This document shows, in pieces, positions 60,905 to 64,000 of a stretch of DNA of 64,000 bases. The number at the start of each line of letters is the position of its first letter. Position 1 is the first letter of the stretch. The DNA comes from Hydrurus foetidus (taxonomy: Eukaryota), in contig UYFQ01000001.1 of assembly GCA_900617105.1 (NCBI GenBank), positions 3,782,001 through 3,846,000 of the forward strand, given 5' to 3'. Made by a program: the position numbers and the translations under genes. Below the pieces are notes generated by a model. That model saw only the letters and a program-made list of their open reading frames with translations, had not been told where the DNA came from and did not search any database.

Positions 60905-61081
60905 ATGCTTGTTTTTCGCTGGTTGGTTTTACTGATGTTGCTTGGCGCCGTGGTGTCGTTTATGTTTTATGCGGGCACCGGGCAAGAGCGATTCAAACGC
61001 TACGGTTTGGTTCTTTTGAAATGGACGTTGATTGCGGGCCTGGGCTTTTTCGGTGTGCTGATTTTGGAGCGCGTCGCCTAA
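60905..61081 (+). CDS. Small two-TM membrane protein, 58 aa (absent from the ORF track)
   Basis: MLVFRWLVLLMLLGAVVSFMFYAGTGQERFKRYGLVLLKWTLIAGLGFFGVLILERVA; AAGGGG SD; fills the lpxC-ruvC gap. Confidence 0.75.
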   Translation: MLVFRWLVLLMLLGAVVSFMFYAGTGQERFKRYGLVLLKWTLIAGLGFFGVLILERVA

Positions 61082-61098
61082 CGCTCAACGCGCTGATG

Positions 61099-61647
61099 TC
61101 AGTAACTTCGGCCGGCTTTGTAGGCAGCGCTCGACTTGGGCTTGAGTGAGGTCGCTGCATCCAAAATTGCGTTTGAGCGCCCGGCATGGGCATGCGTGAT
61201 GGCCAATCCTAACGCATCGGCCGCGTCTTTTCCCGGCAACGCGGGTAGCTTGAGCAGGCGCATCACCATTTGCTGCACTTCAGCCTTGCCTGCTTTGCCG
61301 TAGCCTGCTATGGCTTTTTTTAATTGCAGCGCGGTGTACTCGGCCACTGGTAAATCACATGAAACCAGCGCCGTCACGCATGCCCCCCGCGCCTGGCCGA
61401 GCAGCAGTGTTGCCTGCGGATTGACGTTGACAAAAACAATTTCGACGCTTGAGGCGTCTGGCTGGTAGCGCTCCACAACTTCGCGCACGCCATCAAACAG
61501 CACCTTCAGGCGTGCCGGTAAATCGCCGCGGTCGAGGTGTGTGGTTTTAATCGTGCCACTGGCTACATAGCGCAGGTGCTGTCCGTCAACGTCGACCACA
61601 CCGAAGCCGGCAATTTGCAGTCCAGGGTCGATTCCTAAGATGCGCAT
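61099..61647 (-). CDS. ruvC: Holliday junction resolvase
   Basis: [18 protein letters not shown] and DAADAL. Confidence 0.96.
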   Translation of the reverse strand: MRILGIDPGLQIAGFGVVDVDGQHLRYVASGTIKTTHLDRGDLPARLKVLFDGVREVVERYQPDASSVEIVFVNVNPQATLLLGQARGACVTALVSCDLPVAEYTALQLKKAIAGYGKAGKAEVQQMVMRLLKLPALPGKDAADALGLAITHAHAGRSNAILDAATSLKPKSSAAYKAGRSY

Positions 61648-61648
61648 A

Positions 61649-61704
61649 CGCTATGAAATAAGGAGCTGCTCGCGCCTTTATCAATTGGGCTAGAGGCTGA
61701 TTTA
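61649..61704 (-). repeat. Dispersed element, copy 11, filling the spacer upstream of ruvC
   Basis: taaatcagcctctagcccaattgataaaggcgcgagcagctccttatttcatagcg. Confidence 0.9.
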
Positions 61705-61713
61705 ATCACTAAA

Positions 61714-62694
61714 TTAGATACCAAAGTACCACCGAACAGAGTGAAAGAACACAGGCGCCGCAAAGCACAGCGCGTCTACCCGGTCAAGCAGGCCGCTGGC
61801 GCCTGTGACTGATTTTCCTTCGGCGCCCCAGTTGGTGATGCCTCGGTCGCGTTTAAGCGCCTTCATCACCAAATGGCCCATCGAGCCCGCTACGCACGCA
61901 ATCATCGCCATCGCCACGGCCTGCGCCGGCTTGAAGGGCGTTAGCCCGGCCATCAGCCCGCCGACCAGACTTGCCACCACCACGGCAATTGACCAACTGG
62001 TCCAATTAAAACTCTTGCTGATGTCTGGCGCACTGGGCGCTTTGTTCAGGCGCTTGCTCACCAAGTGCTGCACGATCATGCAGGTTTGAACGACAAATAC
62101 TAAAAAGAACACCAAAAACGCATTTTTGCCTTGGTAGTTTGGAAACTTCAGTAGCAAAAGCGCCGGCACGTGACTGATGCCGTAAATACACACCATGATG
62201 CCCCACTGCAATTTGGCGTTGCGCTCCAAAAAATGCCGCGTATCACCCGCCAGCGCACCCACCACCGGGATTGCTAAAAAGACATAAACCGGAATAAACA
62301 CAGTGACCAAGTCAAAGTGCCGCGTAATGACCAGCGCAAACTGCACCGGCAGAACAATAAAAAAGGCAATCACCAAGCTGTGATGATCACCTTGCCGAGT
62401 AGGTGAAAGCGTGATGAATTCGCGCAGTGCAAAAAAAGCAACCAAACTAAACAGCACGGTTGCCACGGTTTCGCCGGCTGCCCAGCCAAGCCAGAACACG
62501 GTTGACATCAGCCAAGAGGTGCGCAGCAGACCGTTAAAGTCTTGCAGCTTTTGACGATTTTCCTCGTCATCAGCGCTTTCTTTCATAGACATCACAAAAG
62601 CGTAAACGCTTACGGAAAGCAACAGCCCAAACACGATGATGAACAACAACCCAACCTGCTGTGACGGCGTCAGGTTACGCAGAAAACTGGTCAT
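61714..62694 (-). CDS. Phosphatidate cytidylyltransferase-family membrane protein (divergent motifs)
   Basis: ALREF, KRDRGI..WG and GLLDRVDAL.FAAP.FFH. Confidence 0.8.
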   Translation of the reverse strand: MTSFLRNLTPSQQVGLLFIIVFGLLLSVSVYAFVMSMKESADDEENRQKLQDFNGLLRTSWLMSTVFWLGWAAGETVATVLFSLVAFFALREFITLSPTRQGDHHSLVIAFFIVLPVQFALVITRHFDLVTVFIPVYVFLAIPVVGALAGDTRHFLERNAKLQWGIMVCIYGISHVPALLLLKFPNYQGKNAFLVFFLVFVVQTCMIVQHLVSKRLNKAPSAPDISKSFNWTSWSIAVVVASLVGGLMAGLTPFKPAQAVAMAMIACVAGSMGHLVMKALKRDRGITNWGAEGKSVTGASGLLDRVDALCFAAPVFFHSVRWYFGI

Positions 62695-63305
62695 CAGGCG
62701 TCCCTCAAGCCAAGCACCGCCAGCCTTGCGCGCGTTAAAAATTCACTGCGCTCTTCGGCCGAACCCAAAGCGATCGGTGCGCCAAAAGTCACTGAGCACA
62801 AAATCGGCACGGGCACGATTTCGCCTTTCGGCATCACGCGCTGCACATTGTTGATCCATGCGGGTACCAAGACAACGTGCGGAAACTTTTGCGCCAGGTT
62901 GTACAAGCCAGACTTGAATTTTTGCGGCTCCTCCTGGTTACCGCGGGTACCTTCTGGAAACAGAATGATTGAGTCGCCGTTTTCAAGCGCCTTCATCAGT
63001 GGATCCAAAGGGTCCTGATCACCGGTTTTAGCGCGGTCGACGTAAATGGCATTGAAAACCGCTGTCGTTATCCATTGTTTGAAAGGTGTTTTAGTCCAGT
63101 AGTCTTTAGCGGCAATGGGCCGCGTGATGCGGCGCAGCTCCTTAGGCAGCGCCGCCCACATCAAAACCAGATCAGCATGGCTTTGGTGATTGGCAAAATA
63201 AATGCGCTGCTCAGCTTTTGGCGGACAGCCTTGCCAGCGGGCTTGCGCGCCGGTCAGCACGCGAATCAGCCCTAAGAGAAAAAAGCTCATTAACTTAGCC
63301 CGCAT
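62694..63305 (-). CDS. Lysophospholipid (PlsC-type) acyltransferase
   Basis: NHQSHAD and FPEGTR. Confidence 0.92.
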   Translation of the reverse strand: MRAKLMSFFLLGLIRVLTGAQARWQGCPPKAEQRIYFANHQSHADLVLMWAALPKELRRITRPIAAKDYWTKTPFKQWITTAVFNAIYVDRAKTGDQDPLDPLMKALENGDSIILFPEGTRGNQEEPQKFKSGLYNLAQKFPHVVLVPAWINNVQRVMPKGEIVPVPILCSVTFGAPIALGSAEERSEFLTRARLAVLGLRDA

Positions 63306-63386
63306 AGCTGCCTTTTAATGGCAATTTAGCCAGTCGCGCCGCGAGTTGTCGATTGCGCCAGCTCCGACGAATTTGCGTTGGGGTCT

Positions 63387-64000
63387 TCAAGGGATGTCGA
63401 CCCCAGCCATTCGCGCCGCAATGGTGCTGGCCCGTGATGACAAATAGCCCGAGTTCGGCCTTGTTTCGAAGTACTTGGGGCGCGGCAACATCACTGCCAG
63501 TCGTGCAGCTTCAAACGCGCTGAGCTGGGCTGCGGACTTGCGGTAGTAATACTGCGCGGCGGCTTCAGCGCCAAAAACGCCTTCGCCCCATTCAACGCTG
63601 TTCAAGTAAATTTCCAAAATACGCTGCTTATCCAGCAGGCGCTCAAGCAGCAGCGTCAGCACCAACTCTTGGCCTTTGCGCAACAGCGTTCGTTCGCCCG
63701 ATAAAAAAAGGTTTTTGGCCAGTTGCTGGGTAATGGTAGAGCCGCCGATTATTTTGGGTGGTTTGGCAGCTGGTTTGCTGCCTGCTGGTTTGGCAGATAA
63801 CCTGGCCGTGGACGGCTGCAAACGCTGCCCTGCCTGCGCTCTGGCGGCAGCTTTCGCATCAGCTTTGCTGTTTTTATCCCACGCCTTTTCTAGCGCTTCA
63901 ATATCAACGCCTTCATGCTCTACAAAGCTTGCGTCTTCTGATGCAATGACGGCTTTTTTCAGGTTGTCAGAAATATCGTCATAGGGCACCCACTGCTGGC
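63387..64000 (-). CDS. mtgA: Monofunctional peptidoglycan transglycosylase, 3' part (start outside window)
   Basis: [33 protein letters not shown] and ILEIYLN. Confidence 0.93.
   Translation of the reverse strand, partial: QQWVPYDDISDNLKKAVIASEDASFVEHEGVDIEALEKAWDKNSKADAKAAARAQAGQRLQPSTARLSAKPAGSKPAAKPPKIIGGSTITQQLAKNLFLSGERTLLRKGQELVLTLLLERLLDKQRILEIYLNSVEWGEGVFGAEAAAQYYYRKSAAQLSAFEAARLAVMLPRPKYFETRPNSGYLSSRASTIAARMAGVDIP

Noticed and set aside
1..64000. CRISPR array, tRNA, rRNA, integron attC array, prophage
   Set aside because: No regularly spaced repeat-spacer units, cloverleafs, rRNA motifs or phage genes seen; the ~55-bp element is dispersed, not arrayed

Overview
Chromosomal window from a Burkholderiales bacterium; gene order and protein style suggest Comamonadaceae (inference). 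It opens at the groES 5' end with a perfect CIRCE and a sigma32 promoter. It then carries a Bug/TctC receptor, a DUF4331 secreted protein with a lipoprotein, a hybrid kinase with a ChpT-like partner, metK with a SAM-II-type riboswitch, two lipid A acyltransferases, a ProQ/FinO protein, a FitAB/VapBC module, rnpB and a Nudix-MBL fusion. An accessory sugar-acid catabolic cluster (about 18.1-28.6 kb) ends at an IS3 remnant, and an AAA/DUF4143 nuclease-ATPase sits between two copies of a CMD gene 3' end. The rest is dapF-DUF484-xerC, rlmI-like, COG0523, dksA, the complete dcw cluster to lpxC, ruvC, two lipid genes and partial mtgA. The most striking unexplained signal is a dispersed ~55-bp bipartite element, found by eye in 11 copies on both strands. 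Seven copies lie inside coding sequence, including dapF, murG and the murC/ddl junction, where one copy supplies both the stop and the start codon. All calls are by eye; no database searches were run.
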